A stretch of 64,000 bases of DNA, from positions 272,860-336,859 of the forward strand of contig CAYPFM010000001.1 in the NCBI GenBank assembly GCA_964410185.1, given 5' to 3'. The position numbers and the translations under genes are program-made. This document shows positions 17,702 to 28,224 of the stretch, one piece after another (the stretch's first letter is position 1; each line of letters begins with the position of its first letter). The notes beneath the pieces are model-generated. The model saw only the letters and a list, made by a program, of their open reading frames with translations. It ran no database searches and was not told the origin of the DNA. The DNA comes from an uncultured Candidatus Saccharibacteria bacterium. Lineage in GTDB: Bacteria > Patescibacteriota > Saccharimonadia > Saccharimonadales > JAUPVS01.

Positions 17702-18732
17702 TGGCAATCGAACGAATTCTTAACACCGCGGATGTTGATGACCCCATCGAGGTCGAACTTGAGGTGACGCTCAGGCCACATGACTTTACGAACTATATTG
17801 GCCAGGCTCGTCTCAAACAGAACCTACAGTTGGCCATTGATGCTGCCAAGAAGCGCGGCGAACCTTTGGACCACATCTTGCTCTATGGTCCACCGGGCCT
17901 TGGGAAGACGACCATGGCCACGGTTATTGCGCATGAAATGGGTGCAAACATCCGCGTCACCAGTGGCCCAGCCGTAGAGCGGGCCGGTGACTTAGCCAGC
18001 TTACTGACAAATCTGAAGGATGGCGACATTCTCTTTATCGATGAAATCCATCGCCTGAATCGCAATGTTGAAGAGGTTCTGTACAGTGCCATGGAAGACT
18101 TTAAGCTCGACATTATGCTTGGCAAAGGTCCGAGCGCGCGTAGTTTGCGACTCGATTTGCCAACCTTTACGATTATCGGTGCAACGACGCGGACAGGTGC
18201 CTTAGCCGCGCCGCTCCGTGATCGTTTTGGTATGATTCATCGGCTTGAGTTTTACACGCCTGCCGAAGTGCAGCAGATTGTCGAGCGGGCCGCCAAAATC
18301 ATTGGCATACCAATCGACAAGCCAGCTGCTAAGGAATTAGCCAAACGTGCCCGACTGACACCACGCATCGCGAACCGTTTATTAAAACGGGTACGTGATT
18401 ATGCCGACGTCAATGGAGATGGCATTATTGATACGGTTACCAGTACCAAGGCACTCAACCTGCTCGAAATTGATGATCTTGGACTCGACCCCGCTGACCG
18501 TATGCTGCTGGTGGCGATTATCGATAATTACAACGGTGGCCCGGTCGGTGTTGAGACGCTGGCTGCCTTAACGGCCGAAGAACGCTCCACCATCGAAGAT
18601 TTTTACGAGCCGTACTTAATGCAGATCGGTTTGCTGGAGCGCACACCGCGTGGCCGCAAAGTTACCCCTAAGGCTTACCGACATCTCGGTAAGTCACCGC
18701 AAACTCCTGACAATCAAGAAAGCTTGCTATAA
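17701..18732 (+). CDS. ruvB: Holliday junction helicase subunit RuvB
   Basis: [12 protein letters not shown] Walker [11 protein letters not shown] Walker B; 343 aa. ATG overlaps the ruvA stop. Confidence 0.97.
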   Translation: MAIERILNTADVDDPIEVELEVTLRPHDFTNYIGQARLKQNLQLAIDAAKKRGEPLDHILLYGPPGLGKTTMATVIAHEMGANIRVTSGPAVERAGDLASLLTNLKDGDILFIDEIHRLNRNVEEVLYSAMEDFKLDIMLGKGPSARSLRLDLPTFTIIGATTRTGALAAPLRDRFGMIHRLEFYTPAEVQQIVERAAKIIGIPIDKPAAKELAKRARLTPRIANRLLKRVRDYADVNGDGIIDTVTSTKALNLLEIDDLGLDPADRMLLVAIIDNYNGGPVGVETLAALTAEERSTIEDFYEPYLMQIGLLERTPRGRKVTPKAYRHLGKSPQTPDNQESLL

Positions 18733-18740
18733 TAGCCGCC

Positions 18741-19298
18741 ATGACACACCTCAAAAACCACGGAATCGAAGGCCTGGAGCAAGACGAAACAATGCTTTAT
18801 AAAGTTCGGCGGCACTGGTTTGGCTTGGTGATTGTCTACATTGAGGTCGGAATTGGCTTTGCCGCCGCCTCGCTGCTTCTCTATTTTATGGCGCCAATCA
18901 TGTATCCAAACGCCGAGGTCTCGACGCGAAACTTCAACCTCTCAGTCTTAATTGGTGCAGCCGCGGTTACCACCTGGCTCATCTTAGTGCTGTTCACCTA
19001 CATTTATCGCCAGAGTATGTTACTTATTACCAACAAAAACCTGACTCAAATAGTTCAGAGGGGTTTATTCAGTCGACGAGTATCTGAACTATCGATGGCT
19101 AATGTCGAAGACGTCAGTGCTGATCAAAAAGGGTTTTTTGCAACCTCATTGAACTATGGCACCTTGCAAGTTGAAACAGCCGGGGAAACAGACAATTTTG
19201 AATTCCCGTACTGCCCAAACCCAAACTTCTATGGCAAGATTGTTCTTGATGCTCGCCAAGCGTACGTAGATGCCCATCCCGGCATTCACAGCCACTAG
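18741..19298 (+). CDS. Membrane protein with bacterial PH (bPH/YdbT-like) domain
   Basis: 185 aa; YKVRRHWFGLV followed by two TM spans, then a beta-rich C-terminal domain. Confidence 0.65.
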   Translation: MTHLKNHGIEGLEQDETMLYKVRRHWFGLVIVYIEVGIGFAAASLLLYFMAPIMYPNAEVSTRNFNLSVLIGAAAVTTWLILVLFTYIYRQSMLLITNKNLTQIVQRGLFSRRVSELSMANVEDVSADQKGFFATSLNYGTLQVETAGETDNFEFPYCPNPNFYGKIVLDARQAYVDAHPGIHSH

Positions 19299-19798
19299 TT
19301 ATTATTTATGCCGACTTTGGTGTAGGGGTTAGGTGTTGTGCTGGTTGGTTTCTCGATGTAGGTTTTCAGGACAAAGCCCGTGCAGTTGTTGGCAGCGTTG
19401 GTGCAGCCAGCTGGGTAAGGTATGTATAAGTAACTTGATTTACTGGATGCTGTCGGGTTGGCTACGGCCTGCGCAGCTGTGGAATCTGCTACGGGAGCAC
19501 TAACGACGATAGTGTGGTTGTTAGGGTCTTTGAGGGCCCCAGCATCAATGTTGAACAACTCCTGAGCGTCAAGGGTGGCTGGGTATGCGTTCTTGTCGTT
19601 GTGGTAGGTTTCGAGCTTACTGTCTATCAGATTAATGTCTTTGACTCTTTCGGTATCACGCTCCTTAGCTCGAGCCGCCTGATAATTGGCTAAGACAAGC
19701 CCTGCCAGGATAATAATAATCAACACCATTAACAACAGTTCGGGGACCGTAAAGCCGCCGTCTTGAGATTTAAGCGATTTGATTCGTGTTTTAAACAT
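19295..19798 (-). CDS. Type IV pilin-like protein (prepilin N-terminal methylation motif)
   Basis: KSQDGGFTVPELLLMVLIIIILAGLVLANY matches the G/FTxxE class III signal. Start placed at MFKTRIK. Confidence 0.8.
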   Translation of the reverse strand: MFKTRIKSLKSQDGGFTVPELLLMVLIIIILAGLVLANYQAARAKERDTERVKDINLIDSKLETYHNDKNAYPATLDAQELFNIDAGALKDPNNHTIVVSAPVADSTAAQAVANPTASSKSSYLYIPYPAGCTNAANNCTGFVLKTYIEKPTSTTPNPYTKVGINNN

Positions 19799-19917
19799 CC
19801 AGCACAGTTTTCCTGATGGTAATTGTAGCATACTTGTTATGCTCGGTGGTATCAGGGTCTGCTCTTAAGTTTTAATTAAAAGTTAGTTTTTACAACAGGG
19901 GTAAGGAGCTGGTTCCA

Positions 19918-19946
19918 TTGCCAGCTACCCGGAGTCCCTCTATACT
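19918..19946 (+). promoter_or_regulatory. Putative recA promoter
   Basis: TTGCCA (19918-19923), 17 nt, TATACT (19941-19946). Confidence 0.45.
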
Positions 19947-19974
19947 TATGGATACTAATTAAGTGGAGGTAACC

Positions 19975-21009
19975 ATGGCGGTAAAAAAAGACAGTCCAGA
20001 CAATGCGCCAGCGCCAAATGAAGGCAAAAACAAAGCCTTAGGCCTCGCCGTAGAGACTATTGAGAAGCAATTTGGAAAAGGCTCGATCATGAAATTGGGC
20101 GATGCGCAAAATGTGCAGGTAGAGACATACCCAAGCGGTAGTTTATCGTTGGATCTCGCTCTTGGTGGCGGTATCCCCCGCGGCCGCGTCGTTGAAATTT
20201 ACGGCCCAGAATCAAGCGGTAAAACAACGATGACGTTGCACGCTATCGCGCAGGTTCAAAAACTTGGTGGCACGGCAGCTTTTATTGACGCTGAGCACGC
20301 ACTGGATCCAGCTTATGCCAAGCGTATTGGCGTTGATGTTAGCAACCTGTTGTTGTCACAGCCAGACAGTGGCGAACAGGCCCTCGAAATCGTTGAAACA
20401 CTCGTGCGCAGTAACGCAGTTGATTTGATTGTAGTTGACTCGGTTGCGGCCCTGGTGCCACGTGCCGAAATCGAAGGCGATATGGGTGATGCCCACATGG
20501 GTCTCCAAGCCCGTCTGATGAGTCAAGCGCTCCGAAAACTTACCAGCGTCATCAATAAGTCGAATGCCACAGTTATCTTTATTAACCAGATTCGTATGAA
20601 AATTGGCGTTATGTTTGGCAACCCGGAAACCACAACTGGTGGTAATGCGCTCAAGTTCTATGCCAGTGTCCGCATGGACATCCGCCGCATTAGCCAGATC
20701 AAACAAGGCGAAGAAATCGTTGGTAGTCGTGTCAGGATTAAGGTTGTCAAAAACAAGATTGCCCCGCCGTTCCGCCAAGCCGAATTCGATATTATGTATA
20801 ACCAAGGTATTAGTGTCAGCGGCGACGTGCTCGATTTAGCTGTCGAAGATGGCATTGTCGACAAGAGCGGTGCTTGGTTTGCCTACGGTGGCGAAAAGAT
20901 TGCCCAAGGCCGTGAAGCCGCTAAGAAGTATCTTGAAGCTAATCCCAAGGTTCTCGAGAAAATCTCAAAACAAGTCCGCGAAGCATCGGCTGCAAAGAAA
21001 GAGCTGTAA
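19975..21009 (+). CDS. recA: Recombinase RecA
   Basis: GPESSGKTT Walker [11 protein letters not shown]; GGAGG RBS before the ATG at 19975. Confidence 0.98.
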   Translation: MAVKKDSPDNAPAPNEGKNKALGLAVETIEKQFGKGSIMKLGDAQNVQVETYPSGSLSLDLALGGGIPRGRVVEIYGPESSGKTTMTLHAIAQVQKLGGTAAFIDAEHALDPAYAKRIGVDVSNLLLSQPDSGEQALEIVETLVRSNAVDLIVVDSVAALVPRAEIEGDMGDAHMGLQARLMSQALRKLTSVINKSNATVIFINQIRMKIGVMFGNPETTTGGNALKFYASVRMDIRRISQIKQGEEIVGSRVRIKVVKNKIAPPFRQAEFDIMYNQGISVSGDVLDLAVEDGIVDKSGAWFAYGGEKIAQGREAAKKYLEANPKVLEKISKQVREASAAKKEL

Positions 21010-21067
21010 ACAGGAGTTCATGCTAAGCCTGCTTCTCGATTATCCACGGTGATTGGTGGAGTTCGCC

Positions 21068-21673
21068 ATGAAGATTACTGATATCAAGCAACAAGTAAAA
21101 CGGCAAGGTCGTTACTCGTTGTATGTTGATGGTAAGTATAGCTTTAGTCTGAGTGAGCCTGAGCTCATGAAGAGCGGCATTCGCATTGGTCGCGAGTACA
21201 CAGATGTCGAACTAGAGGAATTGCAGCAGAAAGCCGTTCTCGACAAAGCCAACATGCGCGCCCTTGACTACCTGTCGCGCCGCCCGCGCAGTGAGTGGGA
21301 GGTGCGTGATTACTTAAAGCGCAAGGAGTACGACTCCCCTACTATCGATATAATAGTTAACAAGTTAAGTGACTATGGTTATATCGATGATATAAAGTTT
21401 GCCCAGGCTTGGATCAATAATCGGCGATTACTAAAGCCCACTTCCCTGCGGCGTCTCCGTCAGGAGCTCATGCAGAAGCACGTAGATAAGGAGGTGATTG
21501 CTGCTGCCCTCGAAACAGATGAGGGAGACGAAAAAAGTGCCCTGCAAGAGCTGATCGATAAAAAACAGCAACAAACTCGCTATCAAGACGAGCAGAAATT
21601 AATTGCCTATCTTTTGCGGCAAGGCTTCAATTACGGAGATATTAAAGCAGCACTCAGTTCTAGTAGCAACTAA
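21068..21673 (+). CDS. recX: RecA regulator RecX
   Basis: About 200 aa of helical repeats (ALDYLSRRPRSEWEVRDYLKRK...) immediately downstream of recA. Confidence 0.85.
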   Translation: MKITDIKQQVKRQGRYSLYVDGKYSFSLSEPELMKSGIRIGREYTDVELEELQQKAVLDKANMRALDYLSRRPRSEWEVRDYLKRKEYDSPTIDIIVNKLSDYGYIDDIKFAQAWINNRRLLKPTSLRRLRQELMQKHVDKEVIAAALETDEGDEKSALQELIDKKQQQTRYQDEQKLIAYLLRQGFNYGDIKAALSSSSN

Positions 21674-22194
21674 GAGGTGAGTGGTACAGTGGCGACATTG
21701 GCGCGCACCGGCTGCAGCGGGTCCTTAATGACGATTTTGCGATCAGTAATTTCTAGAATTTGATTGCGGTCAACGCTCAGCGTACCGCCGCTGATACTTT
21801 TCATGAGGGGTTGCGACAGGTAGAGCTTCTGGATGTAAAGGGTTTCCCCTTCGACAGCGTAGTCGGTGACTTTGCCGAGGCGCTTGTTTTTATCGGTAAA
21901 GACGGGCTTACCAAGTAGTTCAAAGCGTAAATCCAAAATGTCCTTGAGGCGGATTAAATCTTCAGGGTGGCTGAGATTATCGTGGTCGTTAATCACGAGG
22001 CCTTGCACGATGATGTCGCGCACATCCTGGCTTAACAAAACCAGTACGTCCTTGCTAAAACGGTCCTGGCAATACCAGCCCTCAATTTTGAGGTTATTAG
22101 GATTAATAATCGGGTCGATGGCGGTTGCCACCTGACTACCGATACGCAAGCTCATAACGGGCTGATTTAATAAGGACTTACTCAACTGCAACAT
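21670..22194 (-). CDS. Hypothetical protein, tandem PRC-barrel-like domains
   Basis: Two repeats of L..PV.....G..lG.V.d (LLNQPVMSLRIGSQVATAID; LLGKPVFTDKNKRLGKVTDY). Confidence 0.5.
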   Translation of the reverse strand: MLQLSKSLLNQPVMSLRIGSQVATAIDPIINPNNLKIEGWYCQDRFSKDVLVLLSQDVRDIIVQGLVINDHDNLSHPEDLIRLKDILDLRFELLGKPVFTDKNKRLGKVTDYAVEGETLYIQKLYLSQPLMKSISGGTLSVDRNQILEITDRKIVIKDPLQPVRANVATVPLTS

Positions 22195-22261
22195 AGCTGT
22201 TCTATTATAGCGCACCCGCTTACGCTTGCGGCTATTAGGTTATGCACGGTACCATAACGCT

Positions 22262-22738
22262 ATGAACAAGCCCCTTTCATTTCGCTTACAGACGGATAGC
22301 CCGGAGGCCACCGAAGCAGTAGCTGAAATAATTGGTAAAAACCTTAGGGGTGGCGAAGTCATCGAGCTGACCAGTGACCTGGGGGGCGGTAAAACTACTT
22401 TTGTCCGGGGTTTGGCCCGCGGTTTTGGTAGCCCCGATAGAGTGTCGAGCCCAACCTTTACCATTAGCAAGGTATATAAAAGCGGGGACCGGGAGCTGCA
22501 TCATTTTGACTTCTATCGACTGCCGGAGGCTGGTCTGATAGCACACGAACTGGCGGAAGTCATTGATGACCCAAGTTGCGCGGTTGTGATTGAATGGGGT
22601 GAGATTGTCCAAGGTGTATTGCCAAAAGAGAGACTGACCATAGCAATTACCAAAACTAATAGCGAAGCCGGGCGCAATTTAGCGATGACCTGCAGCGCGA
22701 AGTTCGATTATCTTATGAAAGGTGTGGAAACGACATGA
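22262..22738 (+). CDS. tsaE: tRNA t6A37 biosynthesis ATPase TsaE
   Basis: GEVIELTSDLGGGKTTFVRGLARGFG, VSSPTFTI, HFDFYRL. Confidence 0.88.
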   Translation: MNKPLSFRLQTDSPEATEAVAEIIGKNLRGGEVIELTSDLGGGKTTFVRGLARGFGSPDRVSSPTFTISKVYKSGDRELHHFDFYRLPEAGLIAHELAEVIDDPSCAVVIEWGEIVQGVLPKERLTIAITKTNSEAGRNLAMTCSAKFDYLMKGVETT

Positions 22739-23127
22739 TTATAATGACACTCAAGACCGATGAGCCCGAGGCTAGGCTAGCGTTATACGATGACGAACAG
22801 TTATTGCAGCGAGAAGTGTGGACGGCCCATCGACAGCTGACTGAGACGATTCACCTTAAGCTCGCAGATTTACTAAAAGCTCAGCAAAAAGAATGGTCAG
22901 CAATTCAAGGGATTGTCTGCTATAAGGGGCCAGGCAGCTTCACTGGGCTACGTATTGGCCTGAGTGTTGGCAATGCAACGGCATACGGTGTCGGAGCGAG
23001 TGTAGTAAGTGAAACCGGCGAAGACTGGGAGAGTAAAGGTATTAAGCGATTATTGAGTGGCGATAACGAAGTCACAGCCATGCCAGAATATGGTGCCGAA
23101 GTGCATATTACCAAAGCGCGAAAATAA
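22735..23127 (+). CDS. tsaB: tRNA t6A37 biosynthesis protein TsaB (short form)
   Basis: 130 aa; GPGSFTGLRIGLSVGNATAY; 4-nt overlap with tsaE. Confidence 0.75.
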   Translation: MIIMTLKTDEPEARLALYDDEQLLQREVWTAHRQLTETIHLKLADLLKAQQKEWSAIQGIVCYKGPGSFTGLRIGLSVGNATAYGVGASVVSETGEDWESKGIKRLLSGDNEVTAMPEYGAEVHITKARK

Positions 23128-23237
23128 CGCCCAAAATGTTGTAATTAATTCAGCGATATATAAAAGATTGTTGACAAGCTAAATTCTTAAGCATAAGCTC
23201 AAAACAAGTACTTTAAACAACAAAAAAGGTTGGAAAA

Positions 23238-24875
23238 ATGAAAAAGCAAAAACTGCTCGCGGTGCTTTCTGTATTTGGCGCAAGCCTAGCTACTCTGTTA
23301 ATCGTCAATACTGGCTCTGCTTTCGCGGCTACTGCAACCTGGACTGGCGGCGGCGGCGACACCAATATGAATACGGCCGGCAACTGGGGTGGCGTGGCGC
23401 CGAGCGCTGGTGATGATTTGGTATTTCCATCCGGTGTCGCAAACCGAACAGTTGTAAACAACTATAGTGCCGCTACATCTTTTAATAGCATTCTTTTTAG
23501 TGGTACAGATGCAACGAATAACAATTACACAATAAGTGGTAATTCGATGACGATTGTTGCCGGTATTACAAACGGGATGAGCGGCGGATACCCAAGTGCG
23601 GTTATTAGTGCCCCGCTGATATTGGATGCTTCACAGAGTCTCTCGGCCTCTAGTGCCAAGGCTACGCTTACGTTGAACGGCGTAGTGAGCGGTTCTGGTG
23701 CGCTAACCAAAACGGGAGTTGGAGCGGTGCTCTTGGGGGCTGACAATACCTTCACAGGTGCAATAACAATAAGTACTGGCTCACTGCGATCATTAACACC
23801 TACCGGTCTTGGCAGTACAGCCGCAGGGACGATTGTTGCCAGCGGGGCACAGCTGGATATATTTATGAACGATTCTGCGAACAAAAATGCTACCATCGGC
23901 GAAGATTTAGTAATTAATGGCTCAACTTTCCTGGACCCATCTGTAAACATTGAAAGGGGCGCTCTGCAAATTGGGACAAACTGTGGACTGGGCTATTGCT
24001 CGGACGGTAACATGACTCTGAGCGGAGCGATTGTACTTGGGGCTGACGTTACCGTGTCTGCGTACCAAACAGTTACCCTAAGTGGCGGTATTAGTGGCGC
24101 GCACACTTTGGCTGTGTATAAAGGCCTCCCTGCAAAAATCATCATTAATTCTTCTAATAACACTTCGCAAACACCAAATGGTACGTATCATGCCCCCGTT
24201 ACAACTACAACGTATAGTGCGAATTCACCCTCTACTAACATTAATGTAGGTTTTAACGAAACTGCGATTATCACTGGTTCATATGGCCCAGCTTCGGTAT
24301 CGGCGGGAGGTACATTAAAAGGAACAGGAACGGTCACCGGATTGGGTGTCTACCTTGACGGAGTATTTGCTCCCGGTATGTCACCGGGCTGTATCACATC
24401 TACTGGGGATGTATTCTTCTATGGAGGCACGTACCAGGCTGAACTCGGAGGCACTACTGCATGTACCGGCTACGATCAACTCAAGGTGACTGGGACGGTT
24501 ACACTAGATGTTGGGAACAACCCAGCTAATCCAGCTGGCATTCTCGATGCCACTATTTATGGCGACTTCAAGCCAGCCAAAGGCAACACCTTCACGATTA
24601 TCGATAATGATGGTTCAGACGCAGTTGTTGGCACCTTCAAGGGTCTTGCCGAAGGTGCTACCTTCGAAGTTAGTGGGACTGTCTTTAAGATTTCTTACAA
24701 AGGTGGAGACGGTAATGACGTCACGCTAACAGTGGTGAGCGTGCCCGCAGCGCCAAACACTGGCTTTACAATCATCAAGGCCAACCCATTGGCTAGCTTG
24801 GCTGCAACTACTGCGTTGAGCGCTGCAATTCTGGTTATCGCCCGACGTTACCGCACAGTACCAAATCGTCGCTAA
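23238..24875 (+). CDS. Secreted beta-helical surface protein (autotransporter-associated beta-strand repeats) with C-terminal sorting-signal-like tail
   Basis: Signal peptide ending AFA/AT. TWTGGGGDTNMNTAGNWGG and LTKTGVGAVLLGADNTFTGAITISTGSL repeats. C-terminus is PNTG plus a hydrophobic stretch plus RRYRTVPNRR. Confidence 0.75.
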   Translation: MKKQKLLAVLSVFGASLATLLIVNTGSAFAATATWTGGGGDTNMNTAGNWGGVAPSAGDDLVFPSGVANRTVVNNYSAATSFNSILFSGTDATNNNYTISGNSMTIVAGITNGMSGGYPSAVISAPLILDASQSLSASSAKATLTLNGVVSGSGALTKTGVGAVLLGADNTFTGAITISTGSLRSLTPTGLGSTAAGTIVASGAQLDIFMNDSANKNATIGEDLVINGSTFLDPSVNIERGALQIGTNCGLGYCSDGNMTLSGAIVLGADVTVSAYQTVTLSGGISGAHTLAVYKGLPAKIIINSSNNTSQTPNGTYHAPVTTTTYSANSPSTNINVGFNETAIITGSYGPASVSAGGTLKGTGTVTGLGVYLDGVFAPGMSPGCITSTGDVFFYGGTYQAELGGTTACTGYDQLKVTGTVTLDVGNNPANPAGILDATIYGDFKPAKGNTFTIIDNDGSDAVVGTFKGLAEGATFEVSGTVFKISYKGGDGNDVTLTVVSVPAAPNTGFTIIKANPLASLAATTALSAAILVIARRYRTVPNRR

Positions 24876-24912
24876 GTCGCTCGTAAAATCACAAAACTAA
24901 AAAACAAAAGTT

Positions 24913-25902
24913 ATGGCAGAACACGTTGGTCTCGACAATCCGATTTTTGCAGGCAGGCTAAAGCAGTACGGGTCAGCACGCTCTGTGGCTAAACCGACTC
25001 GCCGAGTTTACGCCACGCCACGGATGGCGACACCTTCGGCTGTCGTATCTCAGCCCCTGCCTAAGGCCCCGGAGGCGCCACCTGCTCAAACCGCAGGAGT
25101 GAGACAAGCAGCCGTACAACCTGCTCCAATGTTGCCTAAAAAGGCTGCACGGGCTATGTCAACCACCAAGCCGGCCGCTACTCGACGAAAGAAATCAAAA
25201 GTCTTGATGCGCCGATCGTTGCGACGCCCAACCTATCAGATGCGTGCCAAGCGCCGTCGCGGCCCAAGTATCAGCCTGGCTTTATCAGCCCTGGCCATTA
25301 TTTTATTTGTCACTGGCTTGGCAATTAACTTCTCGGTCTTAAGTAAATCTCATGAGGCCGAGGCCCAGGTCGCATCAATGTCTAACACGAACAGCGGCAA
25401 CGACAAGCCTGACGAAACCCATCCTGGCAATATAAAGAGTTACCAAGTTGGCCCCACGATGCCGCGGTTTATCAGAATCCCCAAGCTGACCGTCGAGGCC
25501 CGTGTTAAACGAATCGGCATAAAAGCCAATAACGAGCTGCAGGCACCCACGAATATTTTTGATACTGGCTGGTACGATGGTAGTAGTAAACCGGGAGAAG
25601 GGGCAGGTGCCGCACTGATTGACGCCCATGTCTCTGGCCCAACCAAACACGGCGTCTTTTATGATTTGAAGAAACTTGTCGCCGGTGATGCTATTCAGAT
25701 TGAACGTGGTGATGGCAAACTACTCAATTATAAAGTTGTCAGTAGCAAGTCATTCCCAGTCGATAGTGTCGATATGGCCAGCACACTGGTGTCGGTTGAC
25801 CCTGCCAAGCCGGGATTAAACCTGATGACTTGCGACGGCCAATATGATAGCAAAACCGACCAGTATAAAAATCGTTTAGTGGTGTACGCGGTTCAGCAGT
25901 AG
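24913..25902 (+). CDS. Sortase-family transpeptidase with long basic N-terminal tail
   Basis: TM anchor followed by catalytic-triad contexts IDAHVSG, LMTCDG, NRLVVYA. Confidence 0.85.
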   Translation: MAEHVGLDNPIFAGRLKQYGSARSVAKPTRRVYATPRMATPSAVVSQPLPKAPEAPPAQTAGVRQAAVQPAPMLPKKAARAMSTTKPAATRRKKSKVLMRRSLRRPTYQMRAKRRRGPSISLALSALAIILFVTGLAINFSVLSKSHEAEAQVASMSNTNSGNDKPDETHPGNIKSYQVGPTMPRFIRIPKLTVEARVKRIGIKANNELQAPTNIFDTGWYDGSSKPGEGAGAALIDAHVSGPTKHGVFYDLKKLVAGDAIQIERGDGKLLNYKVVSSKSFPVDSVDMASTLVSVDPAKPGLNLMTCDGQYDSKTDQYKNRLVVYAVQQ

Positions 25903-26091
25903 GATTGCTGTTTGGCATTCTATATCGTATTATTGGTTTAGGATTTAAGAGTTTTTGGGAACGAAATCCAAACCGTACGACAAGTTAATATTTAATTGAT
26001 TTTTCAGAGCTTACACCTGTCGAACTAATGAAGTGATAGTGATCGTCCGACAGACGAAGGTCTGCAAACACATACCAGAAAGGATGAAACT

Positions 26092-27606
26092 ATGGATCCG
26101 ATTACCATTGGACTGGCTATAGTTGGTATTGCTGTTGGTGCTGGTGGCGCCACAGCCGTGAGTTATAAAGTGATGGGTAAGTCAAAAGCTGACGCTTCCA
26201 AAGAAGTGGAAAAGGCCAAGAAAGAGGCTGCCAAAGAGTTGGCCAAAGCCCGCGAGGACGCAGCCAATGTTGCCGAAGAAGCCCGTCGTGATGAACAGAC
26301 TCGCCGCAAAGAGATCAAGCAAATCGAGCAACGACTACTCGACCGCGAAGAGTCACTCGATAAAAAACTAGACGCGCTTGATAAACGTAGTCAGGCGCTA
26401 CGCAAAGCCGAAGACGAAGCCGAAGAGTTGAAAAACGAAATTCGCGCCGTGCGCGTTAAGCAACAGGAAAAGCTGGAAAAGATTGCCAAGCTGACCAAGG
26501 CTGATGCTGCTGAGAAACTGATGCAAATGACCGAACGCGATATTCGCAGCGACCTCACTGGCTTGATTGCCAAGCTGCAAAAAGAGGCTCAAGAGACAGC
26601 CGAAGACAAAGCCGCGGTTGTTATCACGCAAGCCATGGAACGCATGTCGAGTGAAGTCACCGCCGAGCGCACTATCACTAGCATCAAGTTAGAAGACGAA
26701 GAAATGAAAGGTCGCATCATCGGCAAAGAAGGCCGCAACATTCAGGCCTTGCAGCGTGCCACCGGTGTTGACATCATGGTTGACGATACACCAGGCTACG
26801 TCGTCCTTAGCAGCTTTGATCCAGTTCGTCGTGAGGTTGCTCGCGTTGCTATGGAAATGCTCCTCAAGGATGGGCGTGTGCACCCAGGACGCATCGAAGA
26901 AGTTGTCGAGAAGGCACAAAAGAATGTTCACAAGGAAATCGTCCGAGCTGGCGAAGACGCTGCTCGCGAAGTTGGCGTTATCGGCATTCCTCGTGAAGTC
27001 TTGGAATTGCTTGGTGAGCTAAAATTCCGTACCAGCTACGGCCAAAACGTCCTAAAGCACAGTACCGAAATGGCGCACATGGCTGGTATCATTGCCGAAG
27101 AGCTTGGAGCTGATGTCAAGACAACCAAGTACGCTGCCCTGGTGCATGACCTTGGTAAAGCGATGACCCACAAAATGGAGGGTAAGCACCACCACATTAG
27201 TGGTGAAATGCTCCGCAAGTATGGCGCTCCCGAAGCCGTCGCCCTGGCGGCCGAACAACACCACGATGACGTTGAAGCCACGACTACCGAAGCTTTGATT
27301 GTGCGCGTCGTTGATGCCATCAGCGCCTCGCGCCCTGGCGCCCGCAACATCAGTGCTGAAAACTTTGTGGAACGCATGAAGGACCTCGAGAATGTCGCTA
27401 ACAGCTTTAAGGGCATCGAGAAGTCCTACGCCATTAGCGCCGGACGTGAAGTACGTGTCTTTGTTCGACCAAAAGATGTCGACGACTTGAGCGCAATCAA
27501 ATTAGCCCGAGACATTGCCACCAAAATCGAAGCCAGCATGCAGTACCCGGGAACTATCAAGGTTAACGTCATCCGCGAAACGCGTGCGGTTGAGTTCGCT
27601 AAGTAA
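26092..27606 (+). CDS. rny: Ribonuclease Y
   Basis: N-terminal TM, coiled coil, KH (GRIIGKEGRNIQAL), HD domain (ALVHDLGK). Confidence 0.95.
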   Translation: MDPITIGLAIVGIAVGAGGATAVSYKVMGKSKADASKEVEKAKKEAAKELAKAREDAANVAEEARRDEQTRRKEIKQIEQRLLDREESLDKKLDALDKRSQALRKAEDEAEELKNEIRAVRVKQQEKLEKIAKLTKADAAEKLMQMTERDIRSDLTGLIAKLQKEAQETAEDKAAVVITQAMERMSSEVTAERTITSIKLEDEEMKGRIIGKEGRNIQALQRATGVDIMVDDTPGYVVLSSFDPVRREVARVAMEMLLKDGRVHPGRIEEVVEKAQKNVHKEIVRAGEDAAREVGVIGIPREVLELLGELKFRTSYGQNVLKHSTEMAHMAGIIAEELGADVKTTKYAALVHDLGKAMTHKMEGKHHHISGEMLRKYGAPEAVALAAEQHHDDVEATTTEALIVRVVDAISASRPGARNISAENFVERMKDLENVANSFKGIEKSYAISAGREVRVFVRPKDVDDLSAIKLARDIATKIEASMQYPGTIKVNVIRETRAVEFAK

Positions 27607-27624
27607 TAGCCGCATAATAGGGTT

Positions 27625-28224
27625 ATGATTAAAGCCGTCTTATTTGATTATGGTGGTGTATTGTCACCAGGCGGCAAAAGCTTCCGGGCGGCCGTAGCTG
27701 AGGTCTTGGGCATCCCTGCTGCAGCCGTGCATAGTACTTACAGCGGCCCGCAGCTTTGGAACGGTGAAGTTGACGCCGAGACGTTTTTTGCGGCCATGGG
27801 GAGCAACGATACCAAGACGGTGACGGCTCAGGACTTTCTAGTGGCCTCCAGGATTATGGACACAAACCCAAAAGTCTACGACCTCGCCAAGTGTCTGCGT
27901 GACCATGGCATCAAAACGGCCATACTTTCTAACATGTACGAAGCGAGTGCCAAGGCACTGCAGAGCAGCGGACATTATGACGGTTTTGACCCGGTCATCC
28001 TTTCCTATCGTGAAGGCATGTCAAAGCCCAGTCCGGAGTTTTACCAACTGGCCATACAGCAACTTGGTTTGTCGCCTGGCGAGATATTATTTATTGATGA
28101 CCAGGAACGCTTTACGAAGCCGGCCAAAGCCCTTGGCATGCAGACGATTTGCGCCGACTCCGAAGACGAAATTGTGTCCGCAACGAAAGCAATACTCCTT
28201 GCAGAAAATGGCCTGCAACTATGA
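27625..28224 (+). CDS. HAD-superfamily hydrolase (subfamily IA-like)
   Basis: AVLFDYGGVL, ILSN, LFIDD motifs. Confidence 0.8.
   Translation: MIKAVLFDYGGVLSPGGKSFRAAVAEVLGIPAAAVHSTYSGPQLWNGEVDAETFFAAMGSNDTKTVTAQDFLVASRIMDTNPKVYDLAKCLRDHGIKTAILSNMYEASAKALQSSGHYDGFDPVILSYREGMSKPSPEFYQLAIQQLGLSPGEILFIDDQERFTKPAKALGMQTICADSEDEIVSATKAILLAENGLQL

Noticed and set aside
25935-25974. Hairpin GGTTTAGGATTT...AAATCCAAACC in the 189-nt rny leader; considered as a riboswitch or terminator
   Set aside because: There is no U-tract and no match to any riboswitch consensus I can recall. It is left unannotated.
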